Below, piece by piece: positions 14,485 through 28,654 of a stretch of DNA of 64,000 nt. Source of the DNA: Lama glama (Eukaryota); NCBI GenBank assembly GCA_028534125.1, contig CM052818.1:2482001-2546000 (forward strand), read 5' to 3'. How positions within the stretch are numbered: position 1 is the stretch's first letter; each line of letters begins with the position of its first letter. The translations under genes were made by a program, and so were the position numbers. The notes beneath the pieces are model-generated. The model did not search any database. It saw nothing but the letters and a program-made list of their open reading frames with translations, and was not told where the DNA came from.

Positions 14485-15016
14485 CCATGAATTCTTTGAT
14501 ACGTTTCACTTCACATGGTGGAAACTAATTCCACTTCCCCTGAATGTAGGGCAGACTTGGCAAATTGGTTCTAGTGAACAGAATGTGGTGCAAGTGATGC
14601 TGTGTGACTTCCCCGGGCAGGTCAGGAAAAGGGCAGCACCTGACCCTCCCTTCACTCTCTTGGATTACTCACATTAGAGGAAGCCAGCTGCTAGATCATG
14701 AGGACATCCAAACAGCCTGTTGAGAAGCCCATGAGGAGAGAAAGTAAAGCCTCCTGCCAACAGCTCCCACCAAATTGGCAGCCGTTTCAATGAGCCACTT
14801 TGGAAACAGAAGCTCCAGCCTCAGTTAAGCATTCAAGTGACTGTGGTTTAAGTCAACATTCTGAAAGCAACCTCATGATGGACCCTAAGGAGGAACTGCC
14901 CAGCTATGAATTCCTGACCCTTAGAAATGATAAAGATTAAAAAAAAAAAGTTTGTCATTGTTTTGAGCCATTAGGTTTTGGGGTTATTTTTTATGTAACA
15001 GTGCATAACTAATGCA
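14485..15016. mobile_element. MaLR LTR (MLT1F-like)
   Basis: Contains gaggaagccagctgc, ccagcctcagttaagcattca and the terminal ttgagccattaggttttggggttattttttatgtaacagtgcataactaatgca. Confidence 0.75.
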
Positions 15017-15269
15017 CTTGTTATCTGAAGATTAAGGTCTCAACTTATTAAAAATACAAATCAAAAGCATGATATAGCCATCAAAGACCTAGGATTTGGA
15101 AACAACAGAATTTGGACTTGAACTCTGATTTAAGCAATACAAACAGACAGTTTCCTCAAGCATAAAATGACAATAATCCGTTGCCTTCAGGACTTTCATC
15201 CTATGAGTTCCTTACCCCATAGCACTTTGTATAGCGTCTACACACCAGCTACAAAAGCAATTCAAGAAA

Positions 15270-18200
15270 ATGATCCATTTCAAGAATGGAAGCATGAAAA
15301 GTTGTACAGACATACTCCCTAGTGAACCAAACATACTGGTGAAAATTATTTTAAAAAAATCGTTTAAAGTGTCTATATATTGTCCTCAGGATATACAGCA
15401 AATGAAGAAACATTTATTTCAAGAAAATCTACTAAATCTTGGTAAGAAGGGAGAGTTTGTGGTACTTGACCCATGGCCCACTCACTTGCCACTCCCACCA
15501 ATCTCAGTGCAATGGAAGCTCTACACCAGTTGCTACTGATAAGAAGGTGGGGCTCCCTCTTCCCCTAGCTCCAAGGGAGACGGCATCCCTCCAGGAGGAC
15601 AGGCCACCAACACTTCTTTCCCTGCGGGCAATGTGTTATAGAGGCTAAATTTCAGGCAAGTGCAGGATAGCGGGTTAGGGCTCTCTTCTTAAACCTAGCC
15701 TACATTCATAAGTTGGAGGTTAGGTCAAAGATGAAGCAGGCCCAAAATACTGTGGCCCTGATTGGCCTTGTCCCAAGCCTTTGGTACCACTTAGAGTGGT
15801 AGAGATTCCACTCTAAGAGAGGCAAGCCAAGAAGACCAGAGGCTGTGCTGCCCCTACCCAGAGTCCTGCTCATAAGCAGGGTTGTTGTTCCAAAAGAAAT
15901 GGGCCACTCTCCCCAACACTTGTTCTGGAGCAGTGGCTCGGAAATTTTGCCCAGGGGGAGAGGGAGGCCATAACAGAGATCTTAACAGTATAAGGAAGTT
16001 CAAGCCTAAGGGCAACCTCAGAAATAATGAAGAAATTGGATAAGAAATTAAGAGAAAGCTGATAGCTTCATAATATCAGCAAGCTAAACTGGTGGGTCAG
16101 CAAGTTTAACAGAGAGAACCAAGGAAAGATAAAGCTCAGAGAGCCTCCTGAGGACAGAAGTAATGTCAGAGATTAGTCTCAAAAAGGACCCCAGCAAAGG
16201 AAGCCCGAACTGAATTGGATCAGAGTGTAAAGAAATTTATCTCCCAGGGGATCGTCAGAAACAACACAGCAATCAGCCTAAAAGCTGGGTGTGATACCAA
16301 CAGAGGCCTATAGCTTAACAGAGAGAGCAGGGGAACAGACAAAGAGAGCCTTGCTAAAACACTGTCATCTCAGAGCAACTTGTGCGCATTATAACCTCTG
16401 AGGAGCAAGTATACAGACTGCATATTGCAGGAGCAACAGACATCACTAAAATAGTCAAGTCACTAAACAAATAAACAAGAACAAGAATAAGTCCCAGAGC
16501 ACAGAACATCGGTATCCAGATTTGCTACATTACCTAAAAGATCCAGTTTTCAACAACAACAAAACATACAGAAAAACAGTATATGTAACTCATACACAGG
16601 AAAAAAAGCTAGGCAACAGAAATTGGCTGTGAGAAGGCCCAGATACTGGATTTAACAGGCAAGGATCCCATAATAACCACTATAAACGTATTCAAAGAGC
16701 TAAAGAAAACCAAAGTGGATAAAGGTATGACAATGTTGCAACAAACAGAGAATGTCAATAAAGAGAGAGAAGTAATTTTTAAAAAGAACTATATAGACAT
16801 TGTGGAGGTAAAATGTACAATAACTGCAATGACAAATTCACTACAGGTGTTCAACAACAGGTTTGTATTGACATAGGAAAGAATCAGCTCTGTTGAAAAT
16901 TAGAGATTTGATCAATAGAGATTGTGCAACCCAAAGAACAGAGACAAAAAAGAACGAAAAGAATGAAGAATATGCATGATGGAAGTACCAAAAAGAGTGG
17001 AGAGAGGAGACAGAGAAAGGAGCAGAAAAAAAAATACTGAAGAAATAATGTCCAAGTACTTCCTATATTTGATGGAAACCATTAAGCTACACATCCAAGA
17101 AGCTTGACCAAGTGGTATAAACCAAAGAGATCCACACACAAACATATCATAGCAAAAATGTTGAAAGACAAAGAGAATTTTGAAAGCAGCAATACAAAAC
17201 CCACTAATTTCTCATCAGAAACAAAGGGGGCCAGAAGGTATGGAATTATGTATTTAAAGTGCTGAGGGAAAAAAAATGATCAACCAAGCAATCTGTCTTT
17301 CAAAATCTATCTTTCAAAAATGAAAGTGAAATAAAGACATTTCAAACAAACAAAAACTGAGATAATATGTTGCAAAAAGACCTATCGTACAGATATGTAA
17401 GAATGCTGAAAGAAGTTACTAAGGTGGAAAACAAGAGACTGCAGACAGTAATTCAAATCCTCAGGAAAAAGCAAAGACACCAGTGAAGGTAATTATGAAA
17501 GACAATATAAATGCCTGTTTCTTTTCCTTTCTTCTCTTGAGTGATTTTAAAATCAACCTATAAAACAACAGGCACATAATTATATTGTCAGCCTGTAACA
17601 TATAGACATGTAATCCATTTGACAATAATAGAACAAAAGAAGTGCACAGGAGCAAATCTCTGTTGCAGTAAGGGAGTGACACTACTTGAAAACACAGGAA
17701 CAAATGAAGAGAACCAAAAATGGTAAATAGGAAGGCTACTATAACAAACTCTATAAATAAATACATGTTGCTTGTTCCCCTTTCTTCTCTCAGCTTCTCT
17801 AAAAGTCATAAAATTACATAAAGTAATATTTGTAACAATGTATTTTTGGGTTTGTAACATATACAGTGTCATTTAAAAAGCATCAAAAAGGGGAAGAAGT
17901 AAAGAGTAACGCTTTTAAATATTACTACAATTAAGTTAGTATAAATCTGAATGGATTCTGAAAAGTTAAAATGCATATGGTAAACCCTAGAGAAACAACT
18001 AAGGAAATAATTCAAGAAATATCTATATAATGAAAAAATATTAAAAGAATTAAGATGTTACACTAGGAAGACATCCACATAATGCAAAGGAAAGTAATAA
18101 AGGAGGAATAGAGGAAATGAGACTAACAGAAAATTAAGAGTAAAATGACAGACATAAATCCAATCAGATTAATAAAATATTAAATGTGAATTGATTAAAG

Positions 18201-18310
18201 AATCCAATCAAAAGGCAGAGATCATCAGAATAGATAAAAATATACATTGTCTACAGAACACACACTTCAGACCCAACTATACAAATAGGTTGAAAGTAAA
18301 AGGATGGAGA
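15270..18310 (+). mobile_element. Old L1 5' portion (5'UTR, degraded ORF1, inter-ORF, start of ORF2)
   Basis: ORF1-like remnants ~16620-17450 and endonuclease-start remnants ~18140-18310 (ccaatcaaaaggcagaga, ggttgaaagtaaaaggatgga). Confidence 0.8.
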
Positions 18311-18313
18311 TTG

Positions 18314-18440
18314 AGGGAGAGGGTATATAGTTCACGCAGTAGAGTGCATGCTTAGCATGCACAAGGTCCTGGATTCAATTCCCAGTACCTTCTCTAAAAA
18401 TAAATAAACCTGATTACCTCCCCCCACCAAAAAAAAAAAA
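18314..18440 (+). mobile_element. tRNA-derived camelid-type SINE (Vic-1-like)
   Basis: A/B-box-like head gtagagtgcatgcttagcatgcacaaggtcctggattcaattcccag, A tail, TSD aaaaggatgg(a/t)gattg at 18298-18313 / 18439-18454. Confidence 0.9.
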
Positions 18441-18504
18441 AAGGATGGTGATTGTATCCCCTGGACTATTAGCAGGAATGATACGAGCATTGCAGGGAAT
18501 GCTA

Positions 18505-21500
18505 CAGGAGTTCCAGTCAAAATGGCGTAGTAGTACCACCATGAATTTGCCTTCCCTCACAAACACGACAAAACCACAACTGAGTGCTGAACAATTACCA
18601 ATAAAAAAGACTGGAGCCTACCAAAAAAATTCATCAACTGGAGACATAAAGAGGGAACCACAGCAAGATGGTAGGAGTGGCAGGCTTGCCATATAATCTG
18701 GTCACATACCCTAGGTGGGCAACCCCACCAGCTGGAGAATAATTGCACTGCAGACATTCACCCACAGGAGTGAGAGTTCAGCCCTATGTCAGGCTTCCCA
18801 GCCTAGGGGGGTCCAGCATCAGGAGGAGGATCCCTCAGGGCACTTGACTTTCAAGGCCAGTGGGGCTTAACTGAAGGAGCTCCACGGAATTGGGGTAAAC
18901 AGAGACTTTACCCTTAAAGAGTGCACATAGAATCTCATGTGCACTGAGACCAAGGGTGGAAGTAGTGATTTCATATGCGCCTGGGCCAGAGCTGCCTGCT
19001 GATCTTAGAGGGTCTCCTGGGGAGGTGTGGGGCGTCTGTGGCTTACCTGGGAGATGTAAAAGCTAGTGGCAGACATTCAGGAAATATTCAGCCACATAAA
19101 CTTTCCTGGAGGCTGACATCTTGCCTGGATCATTAGCACCAACATCTGGCCCCAACCAACAGCCAGTAGGCTTAAGTGCTTGGATGCCTCAGGCCAAGCA
19201 ACTAACTGGGTGGGAACACAGCCCCACCCATCAGCAGAGCTACCTAAGCTACCTAAGGACTTCTTGACCTCACAGCTGCCTCTAGACACGCCCCTAGACA
19301 CAACCCCTCTCACCAAATGGCCAGGACCCAGCTTCACCCAGCAGGGGGCAGGCACTGGCCCCTCCCACCAGGAAACTTGCACAAGTCTCTAGTCCAGCTT
19401 CACTCACCAGGGGGCAGACACCAGAAGCAAGAAAACAACAATCCAACAGCCTAAGGAAGGAGTCCACAAATGAAGGCCAGACTCTACCCTGGGACCAGCT
19501 GCCACCCACCCCACCCCGGCCCTTGGGTTATGAGAGGGGCGTGCACTACTGGAACTCATGGGATGTCACCTACAGAGGGCTATTTCTCAAAGGCTGAGAA
19601 ACATAACTAATCTACCACATACAGAAAAATACAAATGGAAATTTAGACAAAATGAGGTGGCAGAGGAATATGCTCCAGGCAAAGAAACAAAATAAAATCC
19701 CACAAGAAGAACTACAATGAGAAGATAGGAAATCTACACAAGAAAGAGTTAAGAGTAATGATTGTGAAGATGATCAGAGAAGTCAGGAGGAGAATGGATG
19801 CACATAGTAAGAAGTTAGGTTTTTAGCAGACTTAGAAAATATAAAGAACAACCAAACAGAAATGAAGAACACAAACACTTAAATGAATAATATACTAGAA
19901 GGAACCAGGAGAAGACTAAATGAGGCAGAAGAACAAACCAATGAGCTAGAAGACAGAGTAGTGGAAATCACCACCACAGAACAGAAAAAAGAGAAAAGAC
20001 TGAAAAGAAATGAGGATAGTTTTGGAGACCTCTGGGACAATATGAAGCACACTAATTTTCACATTACAGGGGTCCCAGAAAGAGAAGAGAGAGAGAAAGG
20101 ACCTGAAAAAATATTTGAAGAGCTAATAGCTAAAAACTTTCCTAACTTGGGAAAGGAAATAGTCACCCAAGTCCAGGAAGCACAGAGTCCCATACAGGAT
20201 TAACCCAAAGAGGAGCACGCTGAGACACATAGTAATTAAATAGATTAAATTAAAAAATTAAAGATAAGGAGGAAATATTGAAAGCAACAAGAGAAAAGCA
20301 AAAAATAACATACAAGGGAACTCCCATAGGGTTATCAGCTGATTTTTCAGCAGAAACTCTGTAGGCCAGAAGGAAGTGATACTATACATTTAAAGTGATG
20401 AAAAACCTACAATCAAGAACACTCTCACCAGCAAGGCTTTAGTTCATATTTGATGGAGAAATCAAAAGCTTCATAGATAAGCAAACGCTAAAAAAATTCA
20501 GCACCACTAAATCAGCTTCACAACAAATGCTAAAGGAACTTCCCTAGGTAGAAAAGAAAAGGCCACAACTAGAAACAAGAAAATTATGAAATGGAAAAGC
20601 TCACCAGGGAAGGCAAACATACAGTAAAGGTACGAAATCATCCACACACTAACTAATAAGGAAGTTAAAAGACAATAGTAGCAAAAATCATCTATACCCA
20701 CAAAAATCAGTAAAAGGATACACAAAAATAATTAGATGTAAAATATGATATCAAAGCCAGCAATCATGAGGGGAGAAGAATACAAATACAGGGTATCTAA
20801 AATGCATTTGAAATTAAGAGATCATCAACTTAAATCAATCATGTGTATATATACATAGAGTTCTATACCAAAATCTCATGGTAACTGCAAACCAAAAATC
20901 TATAATAGATATACATACAAAAAAGGGAAAGGAATCCAAACATAACACTAAACATAGTCATCAAATCCCAAGACAAGAGAACAAAAGAAGAAAGGGGGTA
21001 AAAAGACCTACAAAAACAAATCCAAAACAATGAACAAAATAGCAATAAGAACATACATATCAATAATCAGCTTAAATATAAATGGATTAAACAGTCCAAC
21101 CAAAAGACTAGACTGGCTAAATGGATACAAAAACAAGACCCTTATATATGGGGTCTACAGGAGATCCACTTCAGAGCTAGAGAAACATACAGGCTGGAAG
21201 TGAGGGGATGGAAAAAGGCATTCCATGCAATAAAAACCGAAAGAAAGCTGGAGTAGCAATACTTATATCAGACAAAACTGACTTTAAAATAAAGACTGTT
21301 ATAAGAGACAAAGAAGGACACTACATAACGATCAAGGACTCAATACAAGAAGATATATAAATTGCAAATATATATGCACCCAACATAGGAGCACCTCAGT
21401 ATATAAGGCAACTGTTAACAGACATAAAAGGAGAAATCAACAGTTACACAGTAACAGTAGGGGACTGAATACCCCACTTACATCAATGGATAGATCATCC

Positions 21501-21670
21501 ACAGAAAATCAATAAGGAAATACAGGCCTTTAAATGACACTCTAGACCAAATGGACTTAATTGAAATTTATAGAGCATTCCATCTGAAAGCAGCAGAATA
21601 CGCATTCTCCTCAAGTGCACATAGAACAGTCCCCAGGATAGATCACATGATGGCCCACAAAGCGAGCCTA
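18505..21670 (+). mobile_element. L1 with intact 5' end: 5'UTR, disrupted ORF1 and ORF2 endonuclease, 3'-truncated
   Basis: YY1 site caaaatggcg at ~18518. ORF1 remnant 19883-20203 (RLNEAEEQTNELEDR...DLWDNMKHTNFHITGVPE). ORF2 EN remnants 21040-21670 (NIYAPNIGAPQYIRQ). Confidence 0.93.
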
Positions 21671-23407
21671 TCAACCCTCAATCTTTAAAGGATTTTAGAA
21701 AGTTTTAGATGTGAATACATGACCTAGGTTGTTCCAATCAGACTAAGGGAAAAGAGTTATTTCATTTTAGTGGGAGATGTCCCAAGATATCACCCAGGAA
21801 GTCTGTGTTCTCCATAGTTACTGGCAGCTCCCCTGTTACCACAAGAAGTCAGTCTTAGGTTGAAGCCTCTGCAGATAATAGCAGATGAAGACAGGAACCA
21901 ATCTGGGTGTATAATGACATAAATGAGCTATTGTTAATCTTTCCCAGTTTAAAGCCCACCCTGCTGCTGAACTTCTGGTTATGCAAAACAATACATTTAT
22001 TTGTTTGAATTTTTTTTCCTGTATCTCAAAATCAAAAACTATCCTATCATATAATTAGCCACTTCTGACATGTAATTCTTGCAAAAAAGAACAAGCTTCA
22101 AACTGGTCCATCTGAAAGCAGATAGGAGATACCATAAAGCCTTGCAAAGAGGTACCTTTATTGCCGACAGACAGTAATCCCAAAGTGGGTGTGAATCAGG
22201 TATCACTAACCTTACTAGGTTGCAAAAGCCAAAACTTTTACTGCATGCTAAAGTAAAGAAGGAAACACAATGGGAGATCTGATCAGTATCCAGGAAGAGC
22301 CAAAGAACCACCATGCCTGAAAGGCCAAGGTCCCTTCTTCCTTCTGCAGCCCCACCCCAAGCTACTACTAGGTGGGACAAAAGGAACCAGTCTCTGAGGT
22401 GCAGACTGGGGACAAGAGGACAATAAGCTGCCCTTCCCTCAAACCCCAATCCACTCAAAGATGACAGAGACAGAGGCCAAGACTGAAACAGTTAAATTTA
22501 TTGAAGGAGCTTAACAGAGAAAGAGGCCTATTGCTAAGGAACAGAAATGAACTTTCGCTTTCAACACTGATGGGGATGCAGTCTTTCTGGAAGGCAACTT
22601 AGCTTAACAAAATCCTTTTTAAAAAATGTCTCTACCCTGGATGCAGCAATTTTTTTATCTAGGAATTGATCCTAAAGAAATAGAGTTACAACAGGTATGT
22701 TCTTGTAGTATTCAAAATAGCCAATCCCTAGATTGGGAGAGGGGGGAGCCATTAGTTCTGTCTAGCTTGGAATAAGTAGAGTTTGAAGTGTCTTTGATCC
22801 AAGTAGAAATGCTACATAGGCAGTTAGACACCCAGCCTGGGGCTCAGAAGAGGCTTACGAGATGTAAATTTGGAAGTCACTGGCATGTATCTAATAACTG
22901 AAGCTGTGAGACATCAATGAGATTACCTGGGGAGATAATACTGAGTAGAAGAGAAGACGGCCAAGTGTTGAGAATAGGCAATATTTAATGACTGAAGGAA
23001 AGGATGAGCCTGCGGAAATAATTGAGGTCAAACCACATAATGGTTTTATACTCGTATAATAGAATATTACTCACTAATTACATTTTTTAGATTTGTAAGA
23101 TTAGCTGAAAAAGTTTAAACTATCTGTAGTATGTTCCCATTCTTAAACAACAACAAAAAACACATATGTAATCATATATCCAAAAGCATACATCATAAAA
23201 AGCCTAACAGTGGGAGAGATTGAGAGGTATTTTTTCCTAATTATTTCTATTTCTACTTTCTTATTTTTGTTTTTCTAAAATGACCACAGTTTTTTTTTTC
23301 TTATGCCGAAGCAAACTTTTAAAAACTTATGTGCATGCCAGGATACAGTTCTCAGATTTAAAATTTTTACCTGAAACACAGAACATACATCAAAGAAGAG
23401 TATTCAA

Positions 23408-25562
23408 ATTTTTTTTAACAGAAGTATAGTCAGTTTACAATGTGTCAGTTTCTGGTGTTCAGCATAAATGTTTCAGTCACACATATACATACATATTTCT
23501 TTTTATATTCTTTTTCATTATAGGTTGCTACAAGATATTGAATATAGTTCCTTGTGCTATACAGTATAAACGTTGTTTATCTATTTTATATACAGTAGTT
23601 AGTATCTACAAACTCCCAATTTATCCTTTTCCACCACCTTTACCCTCTGGTAACCATAAGTTTGGTTTCTATATCTGAGTCTGTTTCCGTTTTGTAAATA
23701 AGTTCATTTGTGTCTTTCTTTTTTAGAGTCCACATATAACGGATATCATATGGTATTTTTCTTTCTCTTTCTGGCTTACTTCACTTAGAATGATGATCTC
23801 CAAGTCATCCATGTTGCAGCAAATGGCATGATTTTATTTTTTATGGCTTAGTAGTATTCCATTGTATAAATATACCACAACTTCTTTATCCAGTCATCTG
23901 TCAATGGACATTTAGGTTGTTTTCCATGACTTGGTTATTGTAAACAGTGCTGCTATGAACACTGAGGTGCATGTATCTTTTTGAATTAGAGCTCCCTCCT
24001 GATATATGCCCAGGAGTGGGATTGCTGGATTATATGATAAGTCTCTTTTTCATTTTTTGAGGATTCTCCATACTATTTTCCATAATGGCTGCACCAAACC
24101 ACATTCCCCACAGTGTAGGGGGGTTACCTTTTCTCCATACCTCTCCAGCATTTATGGTTGTGCACTTTTTAGTGATGGCCATTCTGACTGGTGTAAGGTG
24201 ATATACTTCATTGTAGTTTTGATTTGCATTTCTCTTATAATTAGTGATATTGAGAATTTTTTCATGTGTCTATTGGTCCTTTGTATGTCTTCATTGGAGA
24301 ATTGCTTGTTTAGGCCTTTTGCCTAATTTTGGATTGGGTTTTTGTTGTTGCTGTTGTTAACTTGCATGAGCTGTTTATATATTCTGGAAATTGAGCCCTT
24401 ATCAGTCACATCATTTGCAATTATTTTCTCCCATTCCATAGGTTGTCTTTTTATTTTGTTTATGGTTTCCTTTGATGTGCAAAAGCTTGTAAGTTTAATT
24501 AGGTCCCATTTATTTATTTTTGTTTTTATTTCTATTGCCTGGGTAGACTAAGATTTATGTCAGAGAATGTTTTGCCTATGTTTTCTTCTAGGAGGTTTAT
24601 AGTGTCTTGTCTTACATTTAAGTCTTTAAGCCATTTTCAGGTTTTTTTTTTTTTGCATATAGTATGAGGATGTATTCTAATTTCACTGATTTACATGCGG
24701 CTGTCCAATTTCCCAACATCACTTGCTGAAGAGACTTGTCTTTTCTCCATTGTATATTCTTACCTCCTTTGTTGAAGTTTAATTGACCATAAGTCTGTGG
24801 ATTTATTTCTGTGCTCTCTATTCTGTTCCATTGATCCGTATGTCTATTTTTGTGCCAATACTATGCTGTTTTGATTACTATAGCTCTGTAGTATTGTCTG
24901 AAGTCCAGGAGGGTTATTCTTCCAGCTTCATTCTTTTTCTTCAGTATTGCTTTGGCAATTCTAGGTCTTTTGTGACTCCATATAAATTTTGGACTTATTT
25001 GTTCTAGTTCTGTGAAAAATGTCATTGGTAATTTGATAGGGATCACATTAAATCTGTAGGTTGCTTTGGATAGTATGGCCATTTTAACAATATTAATTCT
25101 TCCAATCCGAGAGCATGGGGTATCTTTAAGTTTCTTTAAGTCATCTTTATTTTCTTTAATCAGTATGTTGTAGTTCTCCATATATGTCTTTCACCTCCTT
25201 GGTCAGGTTTACTCTTAAGTATTTTTGTATGTGATTTTTAAAAGGGATTTTTTTTTACTTCCTTTTCTGATATTTCATTGTTAGTGTAAAAAAATGCAAC
25301 TGATTTCTATATATTAATCTTGTATCCTGCTACCTTGCCAAATTCTTCTATCAGCTCCAATAGTTTTTGTGTGAATCTTTAGGGTTTTCTATATATAATA
25401 TCATGTCATCTGCATATAATGACAATTGTACCTCTTCTCTTCCCGTTTAGATCCCTTTTATTTCTTTTTATTATCTGATTGCTATGGCTAGGACTTCCAA
25501 TATTATGTTGAATAAAAGTGGTGAGAATGGGCATCCTTGGCTTATTCTAGATTTTAGCAGAA
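23408..25562 (-). mobile_element. 5'-truncated young L1, ORF2 C-terminal part and 3'UTR
   Basis: ORF 24861-25181 [31 protein letters not shown] is L1 ORF2; 3'UTR and poly(T) at ~23408. Confidence 0.95.
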
Positions 25563-25689
25563 AGAGCCCTCAAGTTTTGACTAAAGATTGCCAAAATCAC
25601 ATAAAGATCCTTTGAAAATATAGTCTCTCGGGAATGCTAAATTTGTATTTTTTCTAGCCTGATGCTTATCAAAACTACATACTAGCACC

Positions 25690-26390
25690 AAGGAAAGAAA
25701 TAATTTATAAAAAAAAAATCACAAAACCAGAAAGTGTGGAAAACATTATTAAAGGCTAAATGTATCTACAAAAGTATTTGTAACACATATTACAAAGGAC
25801 TAGTTCTACTACACAGCACCTGTATATCAATAAGGAAAAAATAACTCCTTACAGTTATTGCTATCAGATTAGCGTATATCCGAAAGTATGACTATGTTGG
25901 TAAGAGTATGGGTGATCAGCACCCCCATGTATTCCTATTTTTGAGTGCAACTTGTTAGGACATCTATAGAAGACAATTTGGCAATATCTGTCAAAATTAC
26001 AAAAGCACATGCTCTTTGAAACAGCAATGCTAGGAATCCATAGGAATTCCATTACTGAGAATTTATCTTGCAGATGTACTCATAATTGTTCAAACATATA
26101 AGATTATTCACTGACCATTATTTGTAACTGCAAAAAAATGAAACTACCCTAAATATCCACCAACAAGGTAGTTAAACAAAGTAAGGTACATCCCAGCCAA
26201 TAAAAACACTATGAAGTTGGAGAAATCAGCAAGGACTCTGTACAATGATCAGGAAAAATCACTAAGTTGTATTTAGTGACAACAGAAAAATAAGAGGCAG
26301 AACACTGTGTCCAGGGAGTAGCTGGAGTATACCCTTTGATACCTTTTAAATTCGAACCATGTGAATACATTGCCTATTCAAAATTTTTTA
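25690..26390 (+). mobile_element. Old L1 (L1ME-like) 3' fragment
   Basis: caatttggcaatatctgtcaaaattacaaa and accatgtgaatacattgcctattcaaaa motifs. Confidence 0.6.
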
Positions 26391-26430
26391 AAAGAGTGGG
26401 CTAAAAAAAGTTCTTTCAAGTTTAAAGTTA

Positions 26431-26435
26431 ACACG

Positions 26436-26481
<46 letters not shown>
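26431..26481 (+). repeat. (CA)n microsatellite
   Basis: Read directly from the sequence. Confidence 0.95.
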
Positions 26482-26485
<4 letters not shown>

Positions 26486-26535
26486 TTGAATAAATAAATA
26501 TGGCAGTAATGTCAGAAAAAAGATAAAGATGACCA

Positions 26536-26967
26536 CTGCACTAGTTTCCTAGAGCTGCAATAACAAACCACTTAAGCTTAAAACATAGAAATGTATTCTC
26601 CCATTTCAGGAGGCCAGAAATCCAAAAGCAAGCGTTATTAGAGCTGGTTCCTTCTGAAAGCTCTGAGGGAGAAACTGGTACATGCCTCTCTCTCCCACCT
26701 TCCAGTGGTTGCTGGCAATCCTTGGCTTGTAAATATATTATTACAATCTCTGCCTCCATCTTCACATCACCTTCATCTCTTTGTGTCTATGTGTGTCTTT
26801 TTCTGCCTCTTATCAGAACCCTTTCATTGGATTTTGGGCCCATCCTAATCCAGTATTATCTCACCTGGATCCTTAGTTATAGCTGCAACAACGCAATTTC
26901 CAAACGAGTTCACATTCTAAGTTTCCAGGTGGACATGAACTTTGTGGGACACTATTTAACTACTATA
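26536..26967. mobile_element. MaLR LTR (MLT1C-like)
   Basis: tgcactagtttcctagagctgcaataacaaac...ggattttgggcccatcctaatccagta...gggacactatttaac. Confidence 0.8.
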
Positions 26968-26974
26968 CCCATTT

Positions 26975-28380
26975 TTCCTGCTTTTTTGGGTATTACATTG
27001 GAGGTCCTAGCTAATGAGGTAAGATGTTTAAAAAAAGGCAGTATAAAGATTAAAAAGAAATAGAATTATCACCCTTTGAAGATGCTATGGCTATGTATAT
27101 AGAAAGCTTCAAAGAATCTACAGATAAATAATTAGAATTAATAAGATAGTTTATCAGAGTAACAATATAAGAGCAAATTACAAAATCAACTACATGTCTC
27201 TACATCAAAAGTCAGAAAATGTAATCAAAGTAACTATTTATGGTAGTGATAGAAATTTAGGGACCAAGAGTAAATTTTGTAAATGATATGCAAGATTCTA
27301 TGTGGAAAAATTCTAAAACTTATTGAAAGATATTAAAGAAGAGCTAAATAAATATGAACTATATACTATGTTTATGCATGGTAACATTCAATACATATAG
27401 CAATTCTCCCCCAAAGACATGTATTAACGTAATTGAATTTCAATTAAAACCTGAACTGTGTTTTTTTTTTTGGAATTTGATAATCTAATTCTAAAATCTC
27501 TATGGAAGAATAATGAGCCAAGAATAGCTAAGACTCTCCTATGGAAGAAGAATTAGAAGGGGAGAATTGTCCCACCAGATATTAAGACGCATTAAAGTTA
27601 TAATATATAAGAAAGTGTGGCATTATGCAGAAATACACAAAAAAACTAGTGGAACAAAATAGAGAGCTCAGAAGAAGACCTAAGCATTTATGGAAAGTTG
27701 ATTTATATATTTCAGAGGTGGCATGCAGATCTGTGAGGGAAACGATAATTACCCATATGAAAAAAAAATGGACTCCTTTTTCATAGCATACCCCCAAATC
27801 CATTCCAGATAGATTAGATACTTGAAAGTGAAAGGTAAAGCTTTAAAACCAAAAGATACAGGCAAATATCTCTATGACCTACGGGTAGGAAAGAATTGCT
27901 TACAAAACACTCAAACAACATACACTATAAAGGAAAATATTAATAACTTCACTGCTTAGAATTAGAAAACTTTATCAGAAGATATCGGTATTTCCCAAAG
28001 GGTAAAAATTAAGTCACAAAGTAGAAGAATATTTATCAGACAAGTAATTAAAAACTTTTTTTTGTTCATGTAAGGTTTTCAAACATGCAAATCTAAGCAA
28101 CATGGTGTATATGAATATGTCTATAAATAGGAAAGTACTTTTTAAGATAAAAGATTAAGAAAACCAAAAGTCAGAACGGGGGAAGTTTAAGAAATGGTAT
28201 GGAATACAAAGGGCTTCCTAGGGGCATCTGGGGCTTCAAAGTATTATTAATGTTCTATTTCTTCAACTGAGTTGTAAGTACGTGGCATTAATTCTATATT
28301 TATGATTTTATCAAATATAAAAATGTATTTATTATACAAATATATACAGTATCTTTTGGATACTTGAAGTACTTTATTTA
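26975..28380 (+). mobile_element. Old L1 ORF2 fragments
   Basis: Degraded RT/C-terminal motifs (ttggaggtcctagctaatg, aaaactattagaattaataa-like, gccaagaatagctaaga). Confidence 0.7.
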
Positions 28381-28414
28381 AAAAGTTTTGTTTTCTAGAT
28401 TATCATCCTAACCA

Positions 28415-28556
28415 TTTTTAAATTTTTAAAATTTAATTTATTATTTGGGGGGGAGGTAATTAGGTATTTATTTATGTATATGGCAGTACTGGGGACGGAA
28501 CCCTGGACCTGCTGCCTGCTAAGCATGCCCTCTACCACTGAGCTATACCCTCCCCT
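28415..28556 (-). mobile_element. Vic-1-like SINE
   Basis: Reverse complement of SINE head ctctaccactgagctataccctcccc; flanking direct repeat aaaaagttttgttttcta. Confidence 0.9.
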
Positions 28557-28654
28557 CTAAAAAAGTTTTGTTTTCTAAAGAGTGAATGTACAAGTTTCAA
28601 TTTCATTAGCAGATAGTTTTAATATGATCCTGAAATGGTTATAAATTGTAGCAG

